A stretch of DNA of 64,000 nucleotides from Octopus vulgaris (GCA_951406725.2 OX597819.1:60760001-60824000); one strand, 5' to 3'. Shown: positions 49,927 to 63,458, numbered from the stretch's first letter. Numbers and translations are program-made. Notes: generated from the letters alone by a model not told the origin.

Positions 49927-50782
49927 TATACCTCAACTTTAGAATAAAAGAAAAAAATATATATACACACACAAATACTACACTCCATAGAATCCATTAC
50001 TAATCAGCCCCTTCATAGCTATATTTACACCCATTCATATTCTCCCTTCTCTGTTTTTTTCTTCTTCTTCTTCTTCATCATCATCGTTATCATCATCATC
50101 GGCGTCATCATCATCACCACCATCATCACCACCATCTTCCTTCTCCTCCTTCTTCTTCTTCTTCTTCCTTCTTCTTCTTCTTCTTCTTCTTCTTCTTCTT
50201 CTTCTTCTTCTTCTTCTTCTTCTTCTTCTTCTTCATCATCATCGTTATCATCATCATCGTCGTCATAATCATCACCACCATCACCATCATCTTCTCCTTC
50301 TCCTTCTTCTTCTTCTTCTTCTTCTTCTTCTTCTTCTTCTTCTCCACCCCCTACCCCTTAAGTTTGTCACTAATGTTTTTTAGTATAACACCTACGCTAA
50401 TTCTATAAACAAGCCTGTCAATATAAATATTCTCCTGAATTGAACTGAGACTGCCAGCCGCCACTGACCATTCAAAATACGACCATCAGGGCACTCCCAG
50501 ATTCTCCCACCCCCTTTCCTCACCAGCCTTCCCTCTACTACCCTACTAAGAACTCACAACTACCTCGAACACACAAGTGCAAACAAGGGAGTCAGAGAAA
50601 GGCAGAATGCCACTTAAATCTGAACACTACTATAGAAATATTCTTTTAAAAAAACTTTTCTTCTAATTTTTCTAAATTTAATTAATTAATCGTTACAGTT
50701 GAAAAGGTCTCAAAATGACCGAAACCGGTACTGAAATGTTCACTATAAAATTATTTTAGCATTTTCTATTTTTTACTTGTTT

Positions 50783-50790
<8 letters not shown>
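49927..50790 (+). mobile_element. PLE 3' region / pseudo-LTR with (CTT)n/(CAT)n block, ending in (TA)n
   Basis: Follows the stop codon, mirrored at 46409-47222, contains a hammerhead motif. Confidence 0.85.
50696..50733 (+). ncRNA. Minimal type I hammerhead ribozyme (U3-A8 core variant)
   Basis: CAG-TTGAAAA-GGTC-tcaaaat-GACC-GAAA-CCGG-TA-CTG: helix I CAG/CTG, helix II GGTC/GACC, palindromic helix III, GUA cleavage triplet. Confidence 0.75.
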
Positions 50791-50851
<61 letters not shown>

Positions 50852-51866
50852 CTATTATGAAAAAATTGTTTTAAATTCAAAACGTTGCTTTTTCAGAAAA
50901 CGAATAAATAGTTTCACCATTCCATAGCAAAACCGTTTTACTACACTTTAACAATTTTTGATATCTTGGCATCTGAAGCAGCCGGAGATACGATAGCTTG
51001 ACCAAAAGCAAAAATAAATATTGAAAAAAAAACGCATTTGCCCAAATTTGGATTTACGACAGTTTAACATAATACCAACGATATATGTATGTGTGTGTGT
51101 GTGTGTATGTCTTTGGGCCTGTGTTTGTGGGTTCATTTGGCTAAAAATTCTTCAAGGTGGTGCCTCAGCAGAATAATTAAAAGATAAATTTGCAAAAAAA
51201 AAAAAAAAAAAAAGAAAAAGAAAATATTCCCAAAGTAGAATTTATTCTTTTATAAACGTAAAAAAAAAAGTTCAATTATTTGATTTTCAGTTTGGAAAGT
51301 TGTGTCTTGTTAAATTCCAGTTGGACCGTATTCCATTTCCTTTTGTTAAGAATACCACTAAATAAAAGGTACCAACACAATATGGCCACTTTTCTAGACA
51401 AAATCAAATAAACGCTTCCGTCTCTCGTCTCACTGTAATTTTCTCTCACATCCACCATCGCCCAGAACTATTATAAAGCATGGACTAATGAATACTAAAA
51501 TGGTTTTATGCAGCAGAATATTCCAAAGGAATTTCCTAGAATTTATGCTGGCATTGCTTTTGTCGAGCAGAGCAGCGTAATAATTTCAGTTTTCATTGAT
51601 AATTTTCCTACATAGACGTTGTCTTCAGTGAATGAATAAAAGACACGTGATTTAATCGAAGCCTCTCAATGGCTTATTGATGATAGATATAAATGATGGA
51701 GTGATAGTACTCACATAGACGAGACGAGACGAGACAGATGGAGGGAGCAGAGATGGACTCATTTTGAATGGTTTAAGTTTTCAGCTTTCGGAAATATATT
51801 GTACGTGTATAAATGGCGATACTCACATCTTGACTGTAATATCACGCGTACTCATGCACGCGCGGT

Positions 51867-51869
<3 letters not shown>

Positions 51870-51915
<46 letters not shown>

Positions 51916-51924
51916 GCACGCACG

Positions 51925-51955
<31 letters not shown>

Positions 51956-52010
51956 ACACACTCTGTCTCTGTCTCTTATCTCTCTGTCTCTCTTTCTCTC
52001 TGACTCACTT

Positions 52011-52044
<34 letters not shown>

Positions 52045-52121
52045 ACACACACACACGCTGTCTCCCTCTGTCTCACTCTGTCTGTCTCTGTTTCTGTCTA
52101 CTGTCTCTCTATCTGTCTCAC

Positions 52122-52176
<55 letters not shown>

Positions 52177-52950
52177 GTCTCTCTCTCACACACGCGCTGT
52201 CTCACTCTGTTGTCTCTGTCTCTGGTCTCTCTGTCTGTCTCACTTTCTTTGTCTCACTTTCTGTCTGTCCCTCTCTCTCACACACATGCTGTCTCACTCT
52301 GTCTGTTTCTGTCTCTGTCTCCTGTCTCTCTGTCTGTCTCACTTTCTTTCTGTCTGTCTATGTCTCCTGTCTCTGTCTGTCTCACTTTATCTGGCTGTTT
52401 CACTTTCTGTCTGTCTGTCAGTCTCTCTCTCACGCACATACGCTGTCTGTCTCTGTCTCTCTGTCTGTCTCACTTTTCCTCTGTCTTTCTCTCTCTCTCA
52501 CACAAGCACACAGACGCACGCGTGCACATACACACACAAGTACACATGCACACACACATACACACATGCAGACACAGCTACCCACTGCACACCCACACAT
52601 GCGCGCACACATGCACACACATACACACACAAAAGCACGCACAAGCATACACATACATGGGACAAACATATACGCACACAAAGATACATATTCATATGCG
52701 CACACACGGACATACGAATATACACGCACCAATACACATGCACACTTACACACACACACATATACACACATACACACGCATACACACGCACACAAAAGCA
52801 CAAACACACACTGTCTCTGTCTGTCTCAATTTCTCTCTGTCACTCTCTCTCTCTCACACACACAAGCACAAACACATACACCCACACACACGGACATACG
52901 CACACGCGCACATTCACACATGCACACACACGCACAAACATATGCATGAA
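51870..52950. repeat. Degenerate (CA)n / (CT)n / (CTGT)n low-complexity block
   Basis: Direct reading; explains the 386-aa ORF 51799-52959. Confidence 0.92.
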
Positions 52951-53740
52951 TGCGTATGAGAGAACAGAAGTAAAATAAGTAGGTCCTTCGTCGGTTTCTA
53001 CGACGAATGTTGAACTTGTTCAATCAACCGTAACTGCATACTCTCAATAATGCACTGTAAATAGTTTAGGTTTCCTCAGACACGCGTAAAAAAGAGGGGT
53101 AAAGGGTAATTATAAAATGTTATGGTCTAGTAGTTCTCAGCCCATTTTGGCCAGAGGTCCCCTTTTGGCCCTTGGATCCACAAATGGCCCCTCCCCCCAT
53201 GAAAATATTTTTATTTTTCAATATACCACTTATTTTGATATCAGCAGATAATGATTAAAAATGGATGACGTCATTTTATATATGCGCTTGTACGCAGTTG
53301 GTAGTATAGATGTACAAACTGAAATGTAAAATAAATTAAAAAAACACAAAAAACCCCAGTAAAAATAAATTGAAAGTTTGGTACTTGCGTTTTTTTCCAC
53401 CATGCAACACTTATGAGATCAATGTGTTGTCTATCGAAAGAATGCTCTTTGGCACAAGGAGGCCCCTTTGCTCCAAAACACCACTCTTCGAGCTCCAATT
53501 GCCCCCCGTAGAGGACCTTTGGACTAGTGGTTCTCAACCAGGGTTCATTTGACCTCTGGAGGTCGATATAAAACTTTTTAAAGTCTGCGCAAGCAGAATA
53601 GTAAATCGGGGACCCACAGTGGTATTTAAGGGTCTAGGAAAAAAAATTGCGTCAGATGTATTTATTCTTTTCTACTCTAGGCATTCTTTTTATTCTTTTC
53701 TACTTCTCGCATAATGGATGTCCACGTAGTGGTCATCCCT

Positions 53741-53789
<49 letters not shown>

Positions 53790-53794
<5 letters not shown>

Positions 53795-54047
53795 AAAAAT
53801 ACAAACTGGGACAAGAACGCAAACCATTTAGAAGACGATACAAAAAACACGGACGGGACATTCGAAGCCTTCAATGTTCAGTCAAGAACCGGATCATCCT
53901 CGCAATTTCGGCTGATTAATCTTGATTAATCTTGTGAGGATGATCCGGTTCTTGACTGAAGATTGAAGGCTTCCAATGTCCCGTCCGTGTATTTTGTATC
54001 GTCTTCTAAATATTTTGCGTTCTTGTCCCAGTTTGTATTTTTTTACA
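53790..54047. repeat. ~115-bp inverted repeat of a (TA)n-associated element (single copies 26367-26501 and 46199-46345)
   Basis: 53790-53904 is reverse-complementary to 53932-54047 with a few mismatches; (TA)n on both sides. Confidence 0.85.
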
Positions 54048-54082
54048 CATATATATATATATACAGCGGCGTAAGTACTCTC

Positions 54083-54142
<60 letters not shown>

Positions 54143-54146
<4 letters not shown>

Positions 54147-55333
54147 TCATCCCTTAATTATGCGTTTTTTTTATACTTACATTTTTCAAAATTAAAGATC
54201 AACAAAGTTCTTTTTTAATCTAAAATATACTCTCCTTCGTTTTCTAAAATGCTCTTCCATTTATCTGGTAGACTTGCAAGACCCCTCTTCCAAAATTCAC
54301 TCGTCCAGTACTGTTTTGACCATATCTACAGAATTCATATTTTTTCCGTCGAAATGATTTTGAAGACTGCAGAATAAATGATAATCAGATGGGGCAGTAC
54401 CCAGCGAATATGGTGGGTGGAGCATTGTTTCCCATTAAAACTGCTCCAGCCTTAGGAATGTCATTCTCGCTGTATGTGGTCGAGCATTATCCTCCTGGAA
54501 GACTACATTTCGTCTTGAAATCAAAGATGGTCGGTTTTTCCTAGCGCAGGTATCGATGAATGGTTGAATGACCAAATCCAAGCTTCTCTGCTAGTTCCTC
54601 AACAGTTACGATGGAATTTTGTTCCACCAGGGTTTGCAGGACGTCCTAGTCGAGCTCTACAGTTCTTTCAAGACGTGGCTGCAATTTCCGGCTCCGAATT
54701 TTTGGAACCACCGTTGACACTGGCTTACGCTTATTGTCCGATCTCCATATACTGCATTAATATTCCTCATGCTTTCTGTTGTGTTGTTGCCTTTTATTTA
54801 TTTATGCACCCCTTTCAAGCCTAGCCAGGCTCATGGGCCCGGTTTCCCGGTTTCTAGTGCGTATGTCCCCCCCCCCCAGCTGAACAGGACGCCAGCCCAT
54901 CGCAGCGTTACTCAAGAAAGAGGAAGAAAGATTGAGAGAAAGCTGGGGCGAAAGAGTACAACAGGGGTCGCCACCACCCCCTGCCGGAGCCTCGTGGAGC
55001 TTTAGGTGTTTTCGCTCAATAAACACACACAACGCCCGGTCTAGGAATCGAAACCGCGATCCTCCGACCGTGAGTCCGCTGCCATAACCGCTGTTGCCTT
55101 TATTGAACTCATAAACCAAAATATGCCGAATATGCACTTTTGTTACTTCCATTTAGCTTTGAAAAAATAACTGTTAAAATCGAACTGCACTCCTCAAAAC
55201 TTGCACTAAGAATAAGCACAAGGTAAAATTACTACCATCTTTTATAGCATCTTGATACAGGTAGTTTATCATACCCTCCTCCGACTTTTAGTTCATGCAA
55301 TTGGAAAACCGCATTATTTATGGGATGACCCAA
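54143..55333 (-). mobile_element. Decayed DD34D mariner interrupted by a SINE (~54795-55091)
   Basis: TIRs ggtcatcccttaattatgcg / cgcattatttatgggatgacc. Remnants MEVTKVHIRHILVYEFNKGN, NINAVYGDRTISVSQCQRWFQKF, FQEDNARPH, HPPYSLGTAPSDYHLF. The SINE is flanked by duplicated TGTTGCCTTT. Confidence 0.88.
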
Positions 55334-55354
55334 TATATATGTATATATGTACGT

Positions 55355-55357
55355 GTA

Positions 55358-55427
<70 letters not shown>

Positions 55428-55495
55428 CCTACCTACATATTTACCTACCTACCTGTCTGTCTGTCTATCTGTCTGTCTGTCTGTCTGTCTATCTG

Positions 55496-55540
<45 letters not shown>

Positions 55541-55558
55541 GTATCTATCTATATGCAC

Positions 55559-55589
<31 letters not shown>

Positions 55590-55650
55590 CACACACACAT
55601 ACACACACACACGCACACACACACGCACACACACACGCACACACATGTAT
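55355..55650. repeat. (ATCT)n/(GTCT)n/(TA)n/(CA)n compound microsatellite
   Basis: Direct reading. Confidence 0.95.
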
Positions 55651-55814
55651 TGACAGATTCACACACATATACCTACATTCGTACAGGCTACTCCTGTTTT
55701 GGCTATTAAATACATTCTATATGAAAGGAAATTAAATTATTTTAATAGAAATTTCAGAATAGCAAAGAATACGTGCACCTTACCTATATCACGAGATGTA
55801 CAGATAAAAGGATT

Positions 55815-55877
<63 letters not shown>

Positions 55878-55893
55878 AGTGTTTGTGTGTGTA

Positions 55894-55946
<53 letters not shown>

Positions 55947-55970
55947 ATATAAATATAATACATATATATA

Positions 55971-56132
55971 GGCGCAGGAGTGGCTTTGTGGTAAGAAACT
56001 TGCTTCCCAAGCACAGGGTTACGGGTTCAGTCCAACTGCATTGCATCTTGGGCAAGTGGTTTCTACTATAGTCTAGGACCGACCAAAGCTTTGTGAGTGG
56101 ATTTGGTAGACGGAAACTGAAAGAAGCCCGTC

Positions 56133-56204
<72 letters not shown>

Positions 56205-56435
56205 GTATGTATTTGTGTGTCTGTGTTTGTCCCCCCACCATCACATGACAACCGATGTTGGTATGTTTACGTCCTCGTAACTTACCGGTTTGACAAATAA
56301 AAAGCAAAAAAAAAAAAACGATAGAATAAGTACTAGGCTTACGAAGAGTAAGTTCTGAGGTCGATTTGTTCGACTAAAGGCGGTGCTCCAGCATAGTCGC
56401 AGTCAAATGACTGAAGCAAGTAAAAGAATAAAAGA
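55971..56435 (+). mobile_element. SINE family A, full length
   Basis: GGCGCAGGAGTGGC head, internal (TA)n(TATG)n, TAAAAGAA tail. Confidence 0.85.
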
Positions 56436-56456
56436 ATACATGCATATACAGACAGA

Positions 56457-56496
<40 letters not shown>

Positions 56497-56959
56497 TAGA
56501 GTACATCAACCTATCGATTTATATCTATATTCACAAATGCTCATACACGCACGCACATACGTGTGTGCGTGTATGTTTGGATGTATATATATATATATAT
56601 TACTCCATATATATCCATATATTTATATACACACATATACACTCGTATATACATGTGTATATATGCTTGTGTTGACGTGTGTGTGTGTGTGTGTGTGTGT
56701 GAATGTATTTCAAGGAGAAGAAAGATTGAAAGATTGTGAAGAAATTTGGTTGGATCGAATGTGATCAAAATGAAAAGAAAGTCTGTATCTTCTTTGTAAC
56801 TGAGAATTAACGCTTCCAACCAGCTTTCACAGGACTAATCTCTAACCACTATACAACATTATCACGCTTTAACGACCTTTCATAAATATGATTTGTTTCT
56901 TGGCGTGAGAATCCAATGGTAGTTATAGTTGAGTAGGAAAGAAAATATCCCCAAAGCCT

Positions 56960-57660
56960 CTGCCTATCTGCATGCCTGCTCGTCTCTTCCTGCCTACCTG
57001 CCTGTCTCTGCCTGTCCCTGTCTGCCTGCCTGCCTGCCTATCTCAGTCTGCCTGCGTGTCTCTGCCTGATGTCTGTCTCTGTCTGTCTGTCTGCCTGCCT
57101 GCCTATCTGTCTGCTTGCCTGCCTGCCTGTCTGTCTGTCTATCTGTCTGTCTGTCTGCCTGTCTGCCTGTCTCTGTCTGCTTGTCTGCCAGTCTCTTTCT
57201 GCCTGCCTGCCTGCTTTCCTGTCTCTGCCTGTCTGCCTGTCTCTGCTTGCCTGTTTCTGCCTGTCCCTGTCTGCCAGCCTGCTTGTCTCAGTCTGCCTGC
57301 CTGTCTCTGCATGCCTGTCTCTGCCTGTCCTGCCTGTCTGTCTGTCTGTCTGCCTGCCTATCTCTGTCTGCTTGCCTGAATGCCTGCCTGACTGTCTGTC
57401 TATCTGCCTGTCTGCCTGTCTCTTTCTGCCTGCCTGCCTGCCTGCCTGCTTGCCTGTCTCTGCCTGTCTGCCTGTCTCTGTCTGCTTGCCTGTCTCTGTC
57501 TGTCTGCCAGCCTGCCTGCCTGTCTCTGTCTGCTTGCCTGCCTGCCTGCCTGTCTCTGTCTGCTTGCCCGCCTGCCTGACTGACTGTCTGTCTATCAGTC
57601 TGTCTGTCTGCCTGCCTGCCTGTCTGTCTGTCTGCCTGCATCTCTCTTTCTTTCTCTCTC
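56960..57660. repeat. Degenerate (CCTG/TCTG)n satellite-like block
   Basis: Direct reading. Confidence 0.93.
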
Positions 57661-60600
57661 TCCTATTGTTTATTGTATGTTGTATCTTATCTTTCGCCTG
57701 TCGCTACCCCATGTTTAACTCCATAGTTTAGTGTAGGTTAATATACATTTAACGCCGTGAGCCATAAGATGTTTTAATTAATTAAATTTACATCTAAAAT
57801 GACGAAACAAAATCATTAGGCGAAATCATTAACTGTGGTGGTGTTGGCGGCGACAGCGATGGTTGTGATGGTGGTGGGTAAGTAATAGCCGAGAAGAAAC
57901 AAATCAAAGTTATTATGCTCAATGACGAAATACAATGAGATGTGTCTTCGACAAGTAATGGAGATAAATTTGGGAATGTTTCGGTCTTATTAGTCCTCCT
58001 CAGCGAAGCGTAGTGCTGCCACTTCTTGTCAGATCCGAAATGACATACAAAAATTTGGAGTGAATTAAAGACTATCATGATCATAAGATTGTGGTTTCGA
58101 TTCCTGGACCGGGCGACGCGTTGTGTTCTTGAGCAAAACACTTCATTTCACGTTGCTCCAGTCCACTCAGCTGGCAAAAATAAGTAACGCTGCGATGGAA
58201 TGGCGTCCCGGCCAGCTGAGGAACACATACGCCATAGAAACCGGGAACCCGGGCCCATGAGCTTTGCTAGGCTTTAAAAAAGGGTGCATTTATTTTTATT
58301 TAATATACTAAGATCGATTCAATTAACTTTTCCATTTTCCCAACTGGAATTGTTCAAAGTCAAAAGAAATCAATATTTGAAGCAGAATAGTCTGGTTTCC
58401 TATCTACAACAGAAATTTATTAGATCTACGGCTAGATTATTTGAACCTTTTATGAGCAATTCTGACCAGTAGAAACCTATGTTATCATATTCAGTAATAA
58501 ACCAGACGTGTATACTGGTGATTTAGCCTGGGCGATCGTGCTAATTGTTGTCAAGAGTCGATGATATGTAGCTTATGCGTAGTGAACATGTGGATTCATA
58601 ATCTAATTTAGAAATTTAACACATGCCTTCATATACGGTGTTCAAATCCCGCTGAGGTTTACTGTGAATTTTATCCCACCACGTTCGATAAACTAATTGA
58701 CGTCATGCCACATAACTATAAGGAAACAGTGACAGACACACACCACTCCTCCACAGTACCACTACTACCACGCTATTCAATTTTTTATCAATTTGGATTT
58801 CGATTTCAGTTTGTCCAGATTTAATCATTAATGCTAATGTTTTCTTCTCTCCACAACGGGTGAAATTTTTATCAATTAAATATTTGGGGGTTTCACTACG
58901 TACATTAGCCCCCTACTTAAGTACGCATTTTACAAGCAAAAGGCGTCCCTGAGTAATTTCCCTTAGTCATCCATGGGCCCGGTTTCTATGTCGTATGTGT
59001 TCCCCAGCTGGACGGGGCGCCAGTTCATCGCAGCGTTACTCATTTTTGCCAGCTGAGTGGACTGGAGCAACGTGAAATGAAGTGTTTTGCTCAAGAACAC
59101 AACGCGTCGCCTGGTCAAGGAATCGAAACCACAATCTTATGATTAGGATGCTGACACCCTAACCACTAAGCCACGCGCCTCCACGATCTTAGTATATTAC
59201 TGGCATTTAGTCGATATGAACCGGATAGGATATTTTGTTGTGGCTTAATTTAGAACAAGAAGAGTGGTGTTCATGTCTTTTTACTGGGTCTTTGAGACTG
59301 GTGGAAGTTGGGGGTGAGGACAAACCGTAATCCATGGGTTGTTTTTAGACTGGAAACATGGCTCGATTCCTTCCAACTATTCCAGTGCTCCCAGTGGTTA
59401 GGTGGGGTGGTGAGGGATAGATTAAGTGTATCACCTAAAAGCATTTCTTTGTATGCAATTTCACCCAGAAATCTTAGGTCGATTCGATATTATGGCAGAA
59501 GACACTTGCCCAAAAGTGCTGTGTCGTTGGATCGAACTCGGAATCACGGGTTTGAAAAACTCATGCCTTAATCACACTATAGTGAACACCACCAAGTCCA
59601 AGTCGCTGGTTGGACTTTGATGCAATTCACTTCAACACTTTTATATCAGTTTATTACCGAGGTGCGGTGTTTAAGAATTACAGAAGAATGGAAAGGAAAT
59701 CGTGTGACGTCAAACAAGTGCACAAACTAGGCGAAGTGAAAGTGGAATAAAAACCATGAACAAGGCACTCCCAGTGTAAAGTGACGGTCTTTGACCTAAA
59801 CTCTATGACACTGGCCTATCATATAAATCTATAAAAATCTAACCTAGGTCACCTTTGATATTATTTGTTTTACGAAGCATGTGTTAGCAAAAATTCTTCA
59901 CTTTATATTTTTCTTTAAAAATACTAGACATCGAAGGCTGGGTTTTGGACTCTCTTATGCCATATTCTTAGCAATAACATCTGTAAATTTTTTTAGAGCT
60001 TTCACTTAAAAGCAATAAATAATATCAAAGTAGCATAGTCATATTGTTATAAATGACGATAATTTTAGTTATATACAGCGATACTTTGCAGTACGAGTTT
60101 AATTCGTTTCATTACCGAGGTCGTCTTACGATTTACTCGTTTTACAAATTAATTTTCCCCATTGAAATTAACTGTTGTTGTTGTTTGTTCCTTCTCGAGT
60201 CACGCCTGGCTCATAAGGGCCGGTTTCCCGGTTTCCTTGGTGTATAGGATTCCCCACCTGGATGGGACGTCGGTCCATTGCAGGTGAGATGCTAGATGCA
60301 GAAGGAAAGAGTGAGAGAAAGTTGTGGCGAAAGAGTCAGCAGAAGTCCGCCATTACCTTCTACCGGAGTCGCGTATAACTTAGATATTTCGATCATAAAC
60401 ACACACATCGCCCTGTCTGAGATTCGAACCCGCGATCCCTCGACCGCTAGTCCGCTGCTCTAACCACTAGGCCATGTGCCTCCACATTGAAATTGACTAA
60501 AATATAATTAATCCATTCCAACCCCACCAAAACCACTCAAAAATAATTTTTTTATGGTTTTAAAACAGAAAAGGTATAGTTACAAGCAAAATGAGAATTA

Positions 60601-61266
60601 TAAAAAAAGAGAATGCAAAAGAAATATGTAAACTGGTTTTGTTAACTGAATTACGTTAAAGATGGGATGATTTGTGTGCTCATACTGCGGACAAAAGTTC
60701 GTACAAGTCTCGGCTCGTATAGCAAATTACTCGTACAATGTTGCACTCGTACTGCGGGTTTCTATTGTATTTTAGATAAATGTTACATAATAGTCAACCA
60801 CTTTAGTGATTTCCCTTAAGATTTCAAATGGCTAACCAGTTCAACTTTTCCTCAACACTGAGATGGGCAATATACAAATTATGATAGAAAAACAATCAAC
60901 TAATTCATAAAAAAACGTGCTTGTTAAAAAAAGTCAAAAGAATTATCTCCCTTGATATGTTTAATGCGTTACGCAAAATTAGAATGAGATGCATAAACTT
61001 GATCTGGGATATTGTATGAGGTAACAATGTATTGGGTTGGTGCATAATTATTGCGGCTTTTTTTTCCAACAACAAATTTTATTCAACAATAACGTTAACA
61101 ACATGTAACAAAAACATCTTTACATGATTATTCCGAAGCATATTCACCATCTACTTCAATTACCGTTTCCCATATGCTTAGCAGACGGTCAGGCCATCAT
61201 TTAAAGACGTTTTTGTTAAATATTGTTATTGTTTTTCCCCAATGAATTTTATTCAACAAACATATA

Positions 61267-61316
<50 letters not shown>

Positions 61317-61321
61317 CATAT

Positions 61322-61776
61322 ATACGACGGGCTTCTTTCAGTTTCCGTCTACCAAATCCACTCACAATCCTTTGGTCGGCCTGAGGCTATAGTAGAAGAC
61401 ATTTGCCCAAGGTGCCACGCAGTGGGACTGAACCCGGAACCATGTGGTTGGAAAGCATGCTACTTACCACACGGCCACTCCTGCGCCTAAAGCATGCTAC
61501 TTACCACACGGCGCAGGAGTGGCCGTGTGGTAAGTAGCATGCTTTCCAGCCACATGGTTCCGGGTTTAGTCCCACTGCGTGGCACCTTGGGCAAATGTCT
61601 TCTACTATAGCCTCAGGCCGACAACCGATGCTGGTGTGTTTATTTCCCCGTAACTTAGCGATTCGGCAAAAGGACAGATAGAATAAGTACCAGGCTTACA
61701 AAGAATAAGTACTGGGGTCGATTTGCTAGACTAATGGCGGTGCTCCAGCATGGCCGCAGTCAAATGACTGAAACAA

Positions 61777-61780
<4 letters not shown>
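61322..61780. mobile_element. Rearranged SINE family A with a 113-bp head-to-head inverted duplication
   Basis: 61375-61487 is reverse-complementary to 61510-61622. Confidence 0.88.
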
Positions 61781-61832
<52 letters not shown>

Positions 61833-62748
61833 GCATACCACGAGTATTGTTAAGCACACACATATATCCATTTATTCACACACATGTAAACGTACATGTA
61901 CACACACCTACATATATACTCACGTGTGCGGGCGCTTGCGATAACTAGTTCTTCAAAATTTACTCTACGTTTCATGTAACTCGCCTCATAACAAAATACA
62001 CTTACTGAAAAATACACAAATACACACACACGCACAAAGATGTACATTGACACTAACAAGTACACATATACACACGGATATGCACACTCACACACACGTA
62101 CATACACAAACAGAAAAACACACGGACGCAAACGCACACTTGCACGCACGGCTGTGCGCTCACATATACATACGAATACAGAAAAATACATACACACAGA
62201 CACACACACAAACAGACATACACAAACATACACAGACATACACAAACACAGACAAACACACACGTACACACACCTACACTCATGAACACTCTTACTCATG
62301 GATGCGCAATTACATTTACACGGACAGACAAACACAGACGCTAAAGCATACATCGACGAAATATTGTTAAAACATGTGAAAGAAACGGCGATAAGTAAAT
62401 ATAAGGTTGGAAGAGCGGATTACATTATCTCTGGTCATTTAGTGTTGACAGTTCGGTGTATACAGCGAGAAGTGAGAAGACTCTGGTGAGAAGAAACATG
62501 ATAAACGATGTTTTCCGTTGGCAGTAAGGAAATAAATGGATAACAGTCGTGAAAGCATGTCACCCCGACTGGTTGTATGAAATGATGCTGTTGTCACATC
62601 TCAAATGTCTTTTAACAACCTCTGACTTAGCTAAATACCAGACACCTAGCCACCTCAGAACAGCATTCCCCACGCCACTTCTGAACACGTCATCTTTGCC
62701 ACTAATCTCGTTGTCTTGGAATACATGGGTGTCGGTCGAAGTTATATG

Positions 62749-62818
<70 letters not shown>

Positions 62819-62839
62819 TGCAAGCCATGCGACGACGTA

Positions 62840-63415
62840 GGCGGCGAGCTGGCAGAAACGTTAGCACGTCGGACGAAATGCGTTGTGGTATTTCGTCCGC
62901 CATTACGTTCTGAGTTCAAATTCCGCCGAGGTCGACTTTGCCTTTCATCCTTTCGGGGTCGATAAATTAAGTACCGGTTACGCACTGGGGTCGATGTAAT
63001 CGACTTAATCCCTTTCTCTGTCCTTGTTTGTCCCCTCTGTGTTCAGCCTCTTGTAGGTGGTAAAGAAATAGGTATTTCGTCTGCCGCTACGTTCTGAGTT
63101 GAAATTCCGCCGAGGTCGACTTTGCCTTTCGTCCTTTCGGGGTCGATTAAATAAGTACCAGTTACGCACTGGGGTCGATATAATCGACTTAATCCGTTTG
63201 TCTGTCCTTGTTTATCCTCTCTGTGTTTAGCCCCTTGTGGGTAGTAAAAAAATAGGTATTTCGTCCGTCTTCACGTTCTGAGTTCAAATTCCGCTGAGGT
63301 CGACTTTACCTCTCATCCCTTCAGGGTTTCATAAAATAAGTAGCAATTGTGTCCTGGGGTCGGTGTAATCTACTAGCCCCACCACAAAATTTCAGGACTT
63401 GTGACTGTAAAAGAA
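62840..63415 (+). mobile_element. SINE family B, three-unit tandem form
   Basis: Head plus units starting near 62887, 63070 and 63255. Confidence 0.85.
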
Positions 63416-63417
63416 TT

Positions 63418-63458
<41 letters not shown>

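Noticed and set aside
51799-52978. 386-aa and 230-aa ORFs rich in His/Thr/Ser/Leu/Cys
   Set aside because: Translation of degenerate CA/CT microsatellite, open in several frames.
56972-57731. Cys/Leu/Pro-rich ORFs in all three plus frames
   Set aside because: (CCTG/TCTG)n repeat lacking stops; no codon or domain signal.
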